This document shows positions 25,690 through 37,596 of a DNA stretch of 64,000 bases, one piece after another. The position numbers were made by a program, and so were the translations under genes. The notes beneath the pieces were generated by a model. That model saw only the letters and a program-made list of their open reading frames with translations, did not search any database and was not told the DNA's origin. Origin of the DNA: Phoronis australis. Its lineage: Eukaryota; Animalia; Phoronida. The first letter of the stretch is position 1. Each line of letters opens with the position of its first letter. The stretch is from contig NMRA01000213.1 in NCBI GenBank assembly GCA_002633005.1, positions 37,300 through 101,299 on the forward strand, given 5' to 3'.

Positions 25690-27257
25690 TGCGCGACCGC
25701 CTGCTGCCTAGGTCAGGTGTAGTTTACGAAAAGAAAAAACATACCAGACCAAACTAGACGGTACGTAGGCCTACTTATTGAATTGTAAGGCATGTACGCC
25801 TAATCAGTATATAAAGCACAATTCAATATTAGAAAGACTGAATGGTGTTTCGGCTATTATTATGGTGAGCATAAACTTAAATAAATGTTGTTTTCTGATG
25901 ACTGTTTCAGCTCAAGAGGTGTTTTACTTGATTTCGGTTTTGTGGTAAGGTTATACACGCATAACTTTTCTGTGAGGTTTGGTTTTATCTTACTTTCTAT
26001 GAAAAAACAACCACAAAGCGTCATCCAACAAAACGAAATCGAAATCTTGTGAACCTCATCTTACTTTCTGAAAATTACAGAGAAACGAAATAATAAGCCG
26101 AGAAACGAAACAAAGAACTGGGAATCTTAAAGCCGACGTACAACAGACAAAATGCCAATTTAACGCGTGAAATACATAAATGTTGGAACAGCAAATTCTT
26201 GTATTTTACTTTCCTCTGTCACTAATCAATTACAGCGTACTTTACTTATAACTAAATTCGTAATCCCTTTGACCGACCTAGACAATTTGTCAACCAATCG
26301 GCATAGCTGTTACGATGACATAACGTTGCGCCTGGACTCTGTGTTCCTGTTGCCATCATTGCGTCTTCTCACTTCGATATAGTGCTCTAATGATAATCGT
26401 TACATGAAAATAACTTGATGTGATAACTAATTTTACTTGCATTTGACAGGTAACACTTGGAATTAATAGGTACCAAAAACGAAAGAAAACAGTAAAGTTT
26501 CCGTGAAAAATCAGGATTCAGCATCAAAACATTTCGACTGCAAAACCTGAGCGCTCTCTGTCTTCATGGAAACAAAACGGAACCTTTTGCAATGCTTGAT
26601 CCAAATTTCTACAAGTTTGTTGGATGGACTCTCTGAAAAATACCTATACATGTATGCATCGAGCGTCAAGTGCAATTTGTTGCAGTCGATACATATTTTG
26701 ATTTTATCATCAGCCGAAAAAAAACGAAACCAAAATGTTGTGAGCCCAATCTAGCTGATAAAGAAACAACCGAAAAACGGAAAAGACAAAAAATTTAAAG
26801 GTTGTGAACCGGAAAACTTGAGACTTTTCGTGCCGAGATAGTAGAACATTTCATTACTGCTCCTATTGTCTGCGTAGATGACAATATCCAAGATAAACCA
26901 GCCCCCCATTTGGCGAAATGGGTAAAAAAGTCCGCCTCAGAGAAATAAAAACTCTGAAAAAGTAGAAAACGAGACCAAAAGTCCACTAAAAAGATAGAAA
27001 TTACCGAAATTTGGCGAATCCACAATTCATAGCCCTGAACGTACCATGTGAATCTTAGCGCAAAGTCAACATTTTCAAAAATTCGAGCCCCCCCCCATTT
27101 TTAGGCTGGATTCGCGCATGGGATTCAAACATTTGGATTTGCCAACACCGAGCTAAGAAATTAACACCACATGATATTGTGACGTAAAAACTACTCAGTC
27201 ACCTGAAGACTGCGAAATAAAGATGATTTTACTTCAGCAGGTGGCACTCAATTGTAA
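25690..27257 (+). other. Probable 5' UTR exons of the TRIM gene (donor at 25760; exon 25911-25944; NAGNAG acceptor at 27233-27240)
   Basis: ACG|gtacgt, tttcag|...GTG|gtaagg, and ttcagcag| 17 nt upstream of the ATG. Confidence 0.4.
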
Positions 27258-29288
27258 ATGAATGTAAGGCGTGTTAAAAGCTCGGCTAGAGGAAAGCCCA
27301 GTGAAGTGGGCCCCAAGTGTCCCTTATGTCACGGTAGATATACGAAACCAAAACTGTTGCCTTGTATTCACACCTTTTGTGATCAATGCATAACTGACCA
27401 CGTGAACAAAACAGCTAAAGCAAGTTACTTCAACTGCCCGCTGTGTAGCGCGTGCACGCACGTGTCCAGCGTGAAAGACAACGTTTTTCTTCGAAACTGC
27501 CTGGCGGAGTTACAGCCGGAGGATACGCACTTCTCGTGCGACCTTTGTAGACTGGATGGCGAGAAGAAGCACGCTACCTCCATATGTATCCAGTGCACCG
27601 ACCACTTGTGTCAGACATGTGCAGAAGGACACAAGAAATCTCGGATGACCCGGATGCATGAAGTCGTCTGCTTGGAAGACGGCAACAACGAGCAGCTTTC
27701 ACAACAAATTCGATCAAGACAAAGAGCATTCTGTGACGTTCATCCAGACATGGCAGTCGAAACCTTTTGTGTGGACTGCAAAGTTCTCATTTGCCAGCTA
27801 TGTAAAGCCGTTGCACATATCAAACACAACGTTCAAACAATTTCCGTTGCCGCGGATAAAGCAACCATGGAAATGAAAAAAATCCTCGAACAGGTCTCTG
27901 AGAAACTTCAGCTGATTGAGGGGTTAGTCGGCGAGGTCGAAAGTGTTCAGGAGTATGTTAAAAAGGAAAAGAAATGGCTTCAAGACAAACTTGATTCGTA
28001 TTTTGCTGAGGTGCGCAATGCCGTTAACGAAAAAGAAAGACATTTCAAAGAAAAGTTAAAAGAGGAGTCGGATAACTTAGAAATGCAATTCAAAACTAGA
28101 TTGACGTGCGCCAGGAACGACCAAATGTCTATTCACAACGTTTTCCAATACACAATGAGTCTCTTAGAAAAAGGCAACGGATATGAGAAACTGCATCAGT
28201 TCAGAGATATACGATTTCGCCTTTATCAATTAAATAAGTTGGACATTAACACTCAAGTGGATGTTCCGTCTTTTTCGCTAAAATTCGTTACACGTCCAGA
28301 GGTAATGTACGACATAATCACACACGAAATGAGTGGCCAAAGCCATTTGAGTCTCAGTAAGTCCTCTGTGAAACTGTCAACAAATCAAGCTGACCATGAA
28401 AAACAACAACGACATGAAGAAAACGAACCTGTCGAACCAAGTACGAGGTACCCGGATTCTCCGAAAATTTTCAAGCGCGCAGAGCTTGTAAGCAGTTTCG
28501 ATACTCGTCTTAAAGGTGAAAGGGAATGCGAGTGTTTCGGGATATATGTCAAAAGGGAAAGGTATTACGTTACGGACTTTGAAAATAAGATGGTTAAAGT
28601 ATTTCACAGATGTGGTAATTTTCAGTGTTTTTTGGACAAGGGGAGGCAGAAACTTGACGTGTGCGGTTATGATGACGACGTGTACTTAACCGACAACGAC
28701 TGTAAAGGAGTCGCAACATACGACAAAAATTTTCGACTTAAAAAAGAATTCAGGAACATATTTTCAGCAGGAGGCAGAATTGCTTGTGACAAAAATAGAA
28801 TAGTCATTGCTGACTGGTTTAAAGGCGGCAAGCTGATCATTACTGACCTAGACGGAAACGAGAAAAGTATCGTTGACAAAGCTAGCCTAGGACTTAACCA
28901 ATTCAGGCCTTATTACGTGGCAATAGACCCTAACGGTCACATCGTTACAACAGACTGGAACGCAAAATGCGTCTACATCTTGAACACGAGCGGAACTTGT
29001 GTTCTGCACACTTACCGGCCACATGGCCATCTGGCGCTCACTGATCCTTGGGGAGTGTGTTGTGACCAATGGGGAAACGTAATAGTGGCTGACAGTAATT
29101 ATGGCAGACCTGGTTGTCTACACATGATGTCCAGTAACGGAACTCATGTAAGCATTCTTGTGACCAAAGAAGATGGACTGGACGATCCAACAGGTGTCGC
29201 TATTAGCGGTCCAGGCGAAGTGGCCGTGGTCGAGGTTCGGGGGATGGTCAAGGTGTATAAATACATGAACCTGGAGTCAGGGACATAA
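27258..29288 (+). CDS. TRIM-NHL E3 ubiquitin ligase (TRIM2/3/45/56-like), intronless CDS, 676 aa
   Basis: C3HC4 RING (CPLC...LPCIHTFCDQC...CPLC), B-box1 (CDLC...CIQCTDHLCQTCAEGH), B-box2 (CDVH...FCVDCKVLICQLC...H..H), coiled coil, and NHL-like repeats (PYYVAIDPNGHIVTTDW, PWGVCCDQWGNVIVAD, PTGVAIS). Confidence 0.95.
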   Translation: MNVRRVKSSARGKPSEVGPKCPLCHGRYTKPKLLPCIHTFCDQCITDHVNKTAKASYFNCPLCSACTHVSSVKDNVFLRNCLAELQPEDTHFSCDLCRLDGEKKHATSICIQCTDHLCQTCAEGHKKSRMTRMHEVVCLEDGNNEQLSQQIRSRQRAFCDVHPDMAVETFCVDCKVLICQLCKAVAHIKHNVQTISVAADKATMEMKKILEQVSEKLQLIEGLVGEVESVQEYVKKEKKWLQDKLDSYFAEVRNAVNEKERHFKEKLKEESDNLEMQFKTRLTCARNDQMSIHNVFQYTMSLLEKGNGYEKLHQFRDIRFRLYQLNKLDINTQVDVPSFSLKFVTRPEVMYDIITHEMSGQSHLSLSKSSVKLSTNQADHEKQQRHEENEPVEPSTRYPDSPKIFKRAELVSSFDTRLKGERECECFGIYVKRERYYVTDFENKMVKVFHRCGNFQCFLDKGRQKLDVCGYDDDVYLTDNDCKGVATYDKNFRLKKEFRNIFSAGGRIACDKNRIVIADWFKGGKLIITDLDGNEKSIVDKASLGLNQFRPYYVAIDPNGHIVTTDWNAKCVYILNTSGTCVLHTYRPHGHLALTDPWGVCCDQWGNVIVADSNYGRPGCLHMMSSNGTHVSILVTKEDGLDDPTGVAISGPGEVAVVEVRGMVKVYKYMNLESGT

Positions 29289-29724
29289 GCGAGCGAAGTG
29301 TGCGGCATGTTTGTGTTTCTAAAAATTGTACTTCGATAAAAGCTTTATCATAAAGCAGTAGCGTTATCCCCACAAAACCCGCATTTCGTCGTAAGAAGTT
29401 GCATGTACAGAACACTGGTAATGATAAGGCCACTTTGTGTGGTGACGTAAATTATGAAGTTTGACAAAAGCTAAATTTAGTAGATTTATGGCCTTTGGGC
29501 AATATTTCCAAAGAATTTAGTGGTGCGTGCAGTGCCCGATTTAGACTTTGGGAAGACGGAGCACTTAAAGACGTTCGGGGCCCCAATGACTAATAGCAAT
29601 GTGGGTAATGTAAAATCAAGGAAGATGTCTTAACATACAAATTCTGTTTATGTACAACGTTATTTTCACAACAGTCAAAAGCAGACAGGTGCATCTGAGT
29701 TGTTATTGGATCGGATGCGTTACT

Positions 29725-29946
29725 CATGCGAGCACCCAGGGGGAGCTTGAACGAGCCCCCACATTTGGCAAAGTGGACAAAAAGGTCCGCCCCGAGAGAC
29801 AAAAACCCACTAAATAAGCGCAAACAGCAATTCACAGAGGTGCTCCCGTTTTTTTTTTAGTCAACCCGCTCTTTTGTTAGCAAAAGGTCCACAATGTCGG
29901 CAATTCAAGCCCCCCCCCACCATATTGAAGGCTGGGTGCGCGCATG
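29725..29946. mobile_element. MITE with CATGCGCGCACCCAG termini and 5-bp TSD; related pieces at ~26900-27120, 36829-37052 and 46730-47135
   Basis: ttact|CATGCGAGCACCCAG...CTGGGTGCGCGCATG|ttact, with a shared internal core (CCCATTTGGC...AAAAGGTCCGCC...AAAAGTCCACTAAA). Confidence 0.75.
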
Positions 29947-30254
29947 TTACTAGTAGTTAACATGTAGCCTTTTTGTGTTACAACCAAATAAATTTGCACC
30001 AAACAATCAAACCCATGAACTCCCAGCTCCTGAAAGCATGAAGTTGGGGAACACAGAATCAATTGGCTCGTCAGTTTCCACCCGGACAACTTGTGTTGAG
30101 AGAAAATCACCTGTTTGATCATATCGTCAATACAACGTGTACCAGACCGTTTACTTTTTTAAATACCTTCCTTAGGCTAAACTTTGCAGACACGGCAATA
30201 TGACCTGATAAATGACAGACTGGTATAAAGTCAAAACTCCCTGCCAATAGGCCT

Positions 30255-30260
30255 TTTATT
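30255..30260 (-). terminator. Candidate polyadenylation signal of MRPL54
   Basis: TTTATT on the + strand reads AATAAA on the - strand, ~260 nt after the stop codon. Confidence 0.5.
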
Positions 30261-30518
30261 TTCAGGAAGTATATCCTTTCAAAGACTTCTGTAGCTTATA
30301 GATATTTGGCTCAGTGCATAGACTTGTCGCCAACGTCCTCCATACATGCGAATATTGTCCAAACAGTACCAAGATTTGTTTACCAAGGTTTGTTTAGAAA
30401 TCTCGTTACAGGTGAGCCACACTCGTCCATTGCCAAATCGAGCACCTTGCCACGCTGAGTCAAAACACTGCATCCTGGTTCACACAGTATGTCAACAAAC
30501 CAAGACTATGAACAACCA

Positions 30519-33500
30519 TCACGGCTTCTTAAATCTCATGCTCGCTAGTTTGTTGTCCCTTAAAATGGCCATCTTTTTCACCCTTTTCCAGTAAGCCCAA
30601 GTCATTTTGTCCAGTTCTTCTAATGGCACTGGCTCTCTCTCAGTCCTCAGTGACCACAGCCAGTCTGGGTAATCAGAATCAGCTTTCAATTCTGGATCCT
30701 CTCCATCTTTAGTAAAATTCAGTCCACAACAATATTTAGTCAGTTTCTCAGCGTCTGTCTCCACTTCGATGGCAGCCTTTGATTTCTTAACTGCCAACGG
30801 GACAGCTAAAAATACATAAAAAGATTTGATGGACAGGAAACGAATTGAGAGATTTTTTACAAATTATCTAAAGGTCTCCTACTACTTGTCTTTGATTTTC
30901 ACAGTTTAATCACGATCACCATCTCTTCAGATCGAGGCCCTGCCTGTCTATCATCAGGTAGGGCTTGACATATGCAAGTACAGGATCGAAAATGCAAACA
31001 CAAGAAGTAAAATACTGGAAGGATTGGGTGGCGACAGGAGGGTACCAGGGGGTGGTGTGTTTGGCGACAGGAGCAGACCATCGGGTGCAGTGGGTTGGCG
31101 TATACTTACGAAGTGTGAGGTCATGTGCTTTACTTGTAATGCATGTAAAACTGTAAAAGTGTTGTGGGCATTGGATAGGATTTTACCTACCATCCATTAT
31201 GAATATGACGTGCTCTGAGTGCAGTCCATCCTTGGGGCGGCGGGCAGGCCATGAATGTAAAGTGGGTACTAAGATCGATGGAAATACACCCTTTTTCCTG
31301 ATTTTGATATACTTGATTTTCACAATTTTAATTGGTATAAATATGATACAATTTTTTCAGTCGCGTGTCTCCAGAACGCAATTTCAATCCACTGAGGCAA
31401 CTTTTCCTCGCACTGTCTGTCGAATATAGCTTTTAGCACCTTAAAATATTTTTATCCTGATTACAAAACTTCTTCCTTTGTTGGATAGCCCATTACTTAC
31501 TGACTCCAAATACGTAAGTCGCTACTTCCGGTGGTGGATGAAATTTGGAAAATAGGGGGTCTGTGACTTTGACCTGAAACCTTGACCCCGAATGAGATGG
31601 GGGCTTACATGTAAAAATAAGACACGTTTGAAAGCTTGCCCTTTACCATGATTCGAAAATGTCTCGTTTTGGTAGTCTTCAGGTCATTGGTCATGAGGAT
31701 ATGGCTTACCTAACTACAGCTAATTTCCTGATATTGCAAAGGGGATAGGTCCTTTTGGGGTCCCGTTGGGCCCTTACTAAGGCAAGGAAAACACGGCACT
31801 TACATTTCTAGAGAGGAGAGACACAGGGCTATCAGGTGAATAAAGAATTTTTGAAATAATAAAATAATTTTTGTCCCATAAAGGAACCTTGGGCGAGTCA
31901 ATTGGAGGGTCACTGTGACCTTCATTAGTGGACTGATCAAGCTGAAACTTGGGGGCTGACAATTTGAAAGATTGGCCTTTCAAATAAAAACAGAAACTTT
32001 GATTTTAAAGTTGATTTTCAACAGAAAAAACAGGGTTTTTGGGGGCAAAATGTTTTGGCTCCAATGTCAAAAATTGACGTAGAGTGTTGAGAAACTACAT
32101 CCCATCAAGTTCAAACCGATTAGATCATTAATAAGGTTACGCGACAAGATCAAAGTTGAAAAACGTCATTTTTAGACTTTTTCGTGCCTAAAAATTTTTA
32201 TGACCCCCTAAGCAAAAAACGCGAGAGCGACACGAACTTGAGTTAAGTGGAAAGTGCAAGTTGAAATCCGAGCTCGATTCTGAGTCTGGACTGGAGTTCA
32301 TAATCAACAATAAACTTCGCAATACCCCATTACAGTATTTACGCATTTGACTTTTCGTAATCCCCCACCAAATCTATAATTCGTTCAACGTACATTGACT
32401 GGGCGATCTACCTCTCTTGCTACCTGTCCAGACTGATGAGTAATAAAGATTCCAAGTCTGCCCTGACACATTGTCCATCGAAGATGACAGAGATTCGAGT
32501 CTCATCAGGTCAGAGAACGATGGCAGGGTACAAAAAATTTAGGCGCGAGAAGGTCTAAAATGAGGTTTTTCAACTTTGATCTAATCTTGCCGCGTGACTT
32601 TATTAATGAGCCGATCACACTCAAACTTGTTGGGCTTTAGTTTCTCAACACTTGAAATCGAAGATGAAAATTTTTTGGTCCCCAAAAATCCTGGACTGTA
32701 GGCTCAGGGGTTTTTCAGTCAAAAAACTAAAACTTTTTGTATTTGATTTTAAAGTCTCTGTTTTTATTTGAAAGGCCTATCTTTAAGATGGAGAGACCCC
32801 CAAGTTTCAGCTTGAACGGCCCAATAATTAAGGTCACAGTGGCTCAACAAATGACTCACCCAAGGGTGCTTTTTGGGACCAAAACTATTTTGTTTTCGAT
32901 TTCAAAAATTCTTTGTGCACCTGACAGGCCCCTGTCTCTCCTCTCTAGAAATGTAAGTGTCCTCCTTTTCCCAGCCATAGAAAAGGCCCACGAGGGCCCA
33001 AAATGACCTACCCCCTTCACAACATCAGAAAAATTTTGTCAAAATTAGCTACCGGTATACCGTAGTTTGGGATGTCATATCCTCATGACCAATGACCTGA
33101 AGACTACCAAAATGAGACAATTTCAAAGCATGGTCAAGTGCAAGTTTTCAAACGCGTCTTATTTGTAGGCCACTATCTCGTTCGGGTCAAGGTTTAAGGT
33201 CAAAGTCACAGACTCCCAACCTTTCCAACTTTGATTCACAGCTGTTACCTTATTAGGGCTCGCCAGAAGTGGCGACTTAAGTGGTTAGAGTCAGTAAGCA
33301 AAGGTCTATCTAACAAAGAAAGGAGTTTTGAAATCAGAGTAAAATATTTTTAAGGCGCTTATAGCTATATTCAACAGACATCTCGAAGAAAAGCTGTCTT
33401 AGTCGATTGAAATTGCATTATAGAATTTAGAGACACACGGCTAAAAAGCTTAATCATGTTTGAACCAATCAAAATTGTGAAGAAGAGTATATTTTCATCT

Positions 33501-35563
33501 ACCCTAATACCCACTTTACCTTGTGATTATAGTGTCTATAGTTACTAAGCTATCTTTTGAAAAAAGAACTTTTGTCCCCACTTAAAAGTTGAAAAAAATA
33601 TTCTTAATTGGCTATTAATAAGTGGGCATCTTAATTAATAAACCCCAAGAATTTTCACATCTTAACTGGCATCATATTAATTTTAGTGGTGATTTGAATG
33701 AAATAAAATGGATTTTTGGGTCCTCTTTTGGACCACCCCAGGGACCAAAGCCCAGGATTGTGCAATTAAGACGCCCCTTTCCTTCAATGGAAGGTGATTT
33801 ACAATAGAATTATGCACTCAAACCCTTTGCACTCATAAGTGTGAATAAAGTCTTGCTGGCTGGTCTTTTGGTTAGCATCACTTGTGCTGGAGTAAGTACT
33901 TAGCTTAGTGTGCTGCTCCTGATAACCTAAAACGACTACTCCAAAAACATAATTTAAACGGAAATTTTACAGTTATGAGAAAAAAAGTAGGAAAACGCAG
34001 GAAATATTAGGAATTTCAGAAAAAAAAGTAGGAAAAGTAGGAACAAGCCAAAAAAGTAGGAAAAGTAGGAACACTTGAAAGCGTGGCATAATTTGCCGAA
34101 AAGCTTCCGGGGTATGAAGAGCCTATAGGAGCTCCATTGTCTCTACTAGTCATTGACTAATGGGGATGTAGGCAACACGTAGCCCCTCAATTAGCCAGTA
34201 AGGGGCTACAATACCTCCCATCACTTTCTGAAGGAATTTCGTTCCATGTATTTTAAATGGGCGGTAGGCAAAATCCAGTCACCTCTGAAGAGTTTTCACC
34301 TCATTCAAAATACATTCTACACTTAAAACTATCACTTAAAAATGTACTTAGTTTCTTCAGTGATCCTTTCTGCTTCTACACATAACCTCAATGAAGCATA
34401 GCTACGAGAATTAAGGTGACTTGAGTGAAGAATTCCAACTCCAATTTTTGGTCATCATAAACTTTTTCACCGTGCGTGCTATAACCACAAAGTAATTCAA
34501 TGCAGACTGAGCAAAGCGCACGACACTTGCAAAATTGCATGGAGAGATATTTGGTGAAATTTGTAAGATTTGTGTCCCTTGGACTTTTTGTTTGTCAACA
34601 AGCATGATTTCATGTAACTGCCTCAAAATGGCACCCGGCAAGAGAAACTCGTGCAAACCACAACAGATTTTCATGGATATGTTCAACTTATGCCGGCTAA
34701 TCATTGTATGTGTTAGTTATAAATCCATGTTCCATGTTCCTATATGTACGGTTCACTCGATTTTATCTCCTGTATTGTGAAATGCGTATCTTTTTGTGGG
34801 GATGTACTATCGCCCCTATATGCCTGTGGCATGCAGCTATGACTATAAGTATAATTGCCTTATGTAGGCTACTGGCTAGGCAATGACCATCGCCTCTGTT
34901 GGCCCGAACCAGAGGCGATGTAGAGGCTATAGGCGCTCTGTACGCTGGAAGCTTTTCGGCGAATTATGCCTCGCACCGACTAAACCATCAAAGCCACGTT
35001 GTTATAACTACCTTTTGCGCATAGACGAACACCTTAGGAGGTTGTCGATGTGTTTAAGTTCTTCCAACTCGAACAAATACTCCCGTTATGAAACTTTTTC
35101 TTCGAGCAGTCCCTATGAAAGCTGAAGTTCCCGCCCTTCGCGTACGTGCTGCCGGGAACCAGCCGTGCATTTGCCGTGTTGTTAAACATTAAAATGTCAA
35201 ATATGTGCACATGGACTATTAAATGTCATATCAACAGCATTTATTTTTATCAAATACAAACAATGATTCATTGAAATACAATCAGTTTCAAGTAACGCCA
35301 ATTAAAGACAAGTATAAGTGGTGGCATTTTGGAAACGAACATTTGANCTGGCTAGCTTTAACGATCGCCCTTGTGGCTGCGATTGTCCACAAGTGTACAA
35401 TTTACCGAAGCAGTTAATATCAGATAAGTGCAACAGAGAAAAGTATACCTAGCTTCTTAACATATCCACGACAAACACAGTGAAGAATTGGCACTTTTGG
35501 GAAACTTTTCAGATGAAGACAATTCATCTTAACGAGGCACTGCTGAAGTATGGGCGCAGCCAT
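30519..35563 (-). CDS. MRPL54: Mitochondrial ribosomal protein mL54, two exons (35563-35449 and 30805-30519), 133 aa
   Basis: Exon 1 starts aagATGGCTGCG and encodes MAAPILQQCLVKMNCLHLKSFPKVPILHCVCRGYVKKL (presequence-like), ending G|gtatac in phase 1. Exon 2 starts tttag|CT and continues AVPLAVKKSKAAIEVETDAEKLTKYCCGLNFTKDGEDPELKADSDYPDWLW...YWKRVKK, the mL54 signature. Confidence 0.93.
31257..33519. mobile_element. Foldback / long-TIR DNA element (~950-990-bp arms, ~320-bp spacer) in the MRPL54 intron
   Basis: Segment 31257-~32206 is the diverged reverse complement of ~32526-33519. Examples: GTAAAGTGGGTA/TACCCACTTTAC; GGTAGTCTTCAGGTCATTGGTCATGAGGATATG/CATATCCTCATGACCAATGACCTGAAGACTACC; CACTTACATTTCTAGAGAGGAGAGACA/TGTCTCTCCTCTCTAGAAATGTAAGTG. 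Confidence 0.9.
33980..34075. repeat. AAAAGTAGGA subterminal-type repeats, probable transposon end
   Basis: About 5-6 copies are visible. Confidence 0.55.
34081..34974. mobile_element. MITE with ~45-bp TIRs in the MRPL54 intron
   Basis: GCGTGGCATAATTTGCCGAAAAGCTTCC...GGAAGCTTTTCGGCGAATTATGCCTCGC; no TSD could be resolved. Confidence 0.75.
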
Positions 35564-37596
35564 CTTGATGAATCTACGCTGTAGCTCAGCTGCGCGACCG
35601 AGCGGTTGCTCTGCGAACTATTTATCATTCTCGATAGGCCTAGTGGTTCAGCTTGACTGAGCTCAGGGTTTTGCCGCCGCCGGCCGGGACCGGTGCGGCC
35701 GGCTGCTTAACGAATGGATATCTTCCCTCATTTCTAAAACTTGCTCTGTCTTCAGCGACATAAATTACCGCGCTCAGTGGCGACATAGGTTTCACTTGCG
35801 AGTGTCGGCCGGAGTGCCGCCGGACGGCCCGGTCGCCGCCTAGTGGGACCGCGGCCAGGCCCATGCTGGAAGTTGCAACGTTCAATTCGTGGCACAAAAC
35901 TTCTGGCTATTATGAATTCTACCCACAGCTCCTAGTAAGAGTGGAACCTAGCCGGGATTCCCGACTTTGTCGGATACTTAATTAATTAGGCAAAATGAGG
36001 TATATATGCCAAGCCTCTGATCGCCGGGAGGCCGTACGGTACGTGCGGCCACATATAGACTCTAATTACGATGCAATTGATAACGTGGCGGTACGCGTAG
36101 CCAGGAGAGGTAAACATTATGGGAGGTGGCATAATCTATTTTGACTTCGCCGAAGGTTTGTCCCCTGCCGCGTCAGTCATGTGGTGCCAAGTGTATTTCG
36201 CGCCGATCATTATCCTCGTCCATCCTTCCACCCGGTCTCAACTGGCCGCGTATGGCCTCAGTGGCTAGTTGTTAACTGAGTACCACTCAACGACTGAGTT
36301 GGTTGCCAGAGTGCCCCGGGGTTGACAGTCAACCGACAGAAATCTTGCACCGCAAAATCATCACCGCGACGACAGCTTCGCGGTCTAACTCAGTCATGCA
36401 TGGCAATGTTACACGTATGTACGCTGCCCCCTCGCCCCCCACCCCTAAATCCGCCACTGAAAGTAGCCTCGGCCACTGTCAAAAGTGAATTCACTAAACT
36501 CAATGCTTTCTAAGCGGTACTTTTATACGGTTTCGGCGGCAAAGATTATGAATTTCTGTCGAAGTATTTTTCTTTTAGTTTAAAATATCGCAAACAACCA
36601 ATCAACTGCTCGTTTTCTTCGTCGCTTTTCCGACTACAAGGCCGAAGCACTATGAGGCAAATCCTACGGTAACATTTGGGGCTTTGTTATCCCAACGATC
36701 GACTAACTAAGCTAGACTGTGACTAGTAACCGGCTCATCATAATCGATTCTCAAATTATCGCCTTTGCGGCCTATGCTCGTTGCTTAGAGGTGATTCTGA
36801 AGAATAAGGCTTATCTTATCTTGTATTACATGTGCGCACCCATTTGGCTTAGTGGGCAAAAAGGGTCGCCCCGAGAGACGAAAATTCCGAGGAAATGGAA
36901 CAAAAGTCCACTAAATGAGCCAAACGCGCAATTCCAGTCACAGTGGTGCTCCAGATTTTTTTTTTTTTTTTTAGTCCGCCCGCTCTTTTGTTAGCAAAAA
37001 GTCTACAACGCCGGGAATTCGAGATCCCCAAAAGAAGGCTGGGTGCACGCATGATGAAAGACGGATATTAATTTTAAAAACAGCCATGTTTGCCGTTGGG
37101 TCTTTGACTTTGAAAACCGGACGACAAAATAGGCGTGTTGGTTTACGACCGCAATTATATCTCATTCCGCATGTTCAGACAAGCCCATTGCAATTTTATC
37201 TCATTCAGCATGTTCAGACAAGCCCATAAAATGCCCCACTGGTTTGCTTCATTTGTGCTGTCGACCTCGCTGAGATTCGAAGTGCGATCACAAGCAATAA
37301 CCTGCCGTTGATTTCCATCTTGTCCTGTTGTCTATCAGCTTTGGAGGCACACTACAGTTATTGAGAGGGTTTTGGCTGCCGACACGCACAATGAAGTGGA
37401 GACGAGTCCGTATCTAGCGTCGTTATCAAGAGTTAGAAAAAACAACATTTTTTTACTTTAACAACTCAAAAGCACCACTCATGACAACTGAAACTTAACT
37501 CTGCTATAAATTTTTTAAATTTTTTTAAAATCGCCTAATTCACAACCGGGGAAAATACCGGTACACAAAAAACAGGACCCGAAAACACCAAATTTG

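Noticed and set aside
32425-32515. Hammerhead-like CTGATGAG motifs in the foldback spacer on both strands; similar motifs at 27203 and 55014
   Set aside because: No correctly placed GAAA with stem II/III pairing and an NUH site (GAAT instead of GAAA, or missing stems).
33519-35115. Alternative MRPL54 5' exons at ~33520-33550, ~33820-33925 and ~35011-35115
   Set aside because: They contain stops or lack a start, or the donor coincides with the foldback terminus. The 35563-35449 exon gives the right phase, start context and RGYxKK motif.
35640-35940. Telomerase RNA candidate (AACCCTGA and GAGCTGTGGG on the minus strand)
   Set aside because: The template-like and CR7-like motifs are in the wrong order, and no full CTAACCCTAA template or clear H/ACA end was found.
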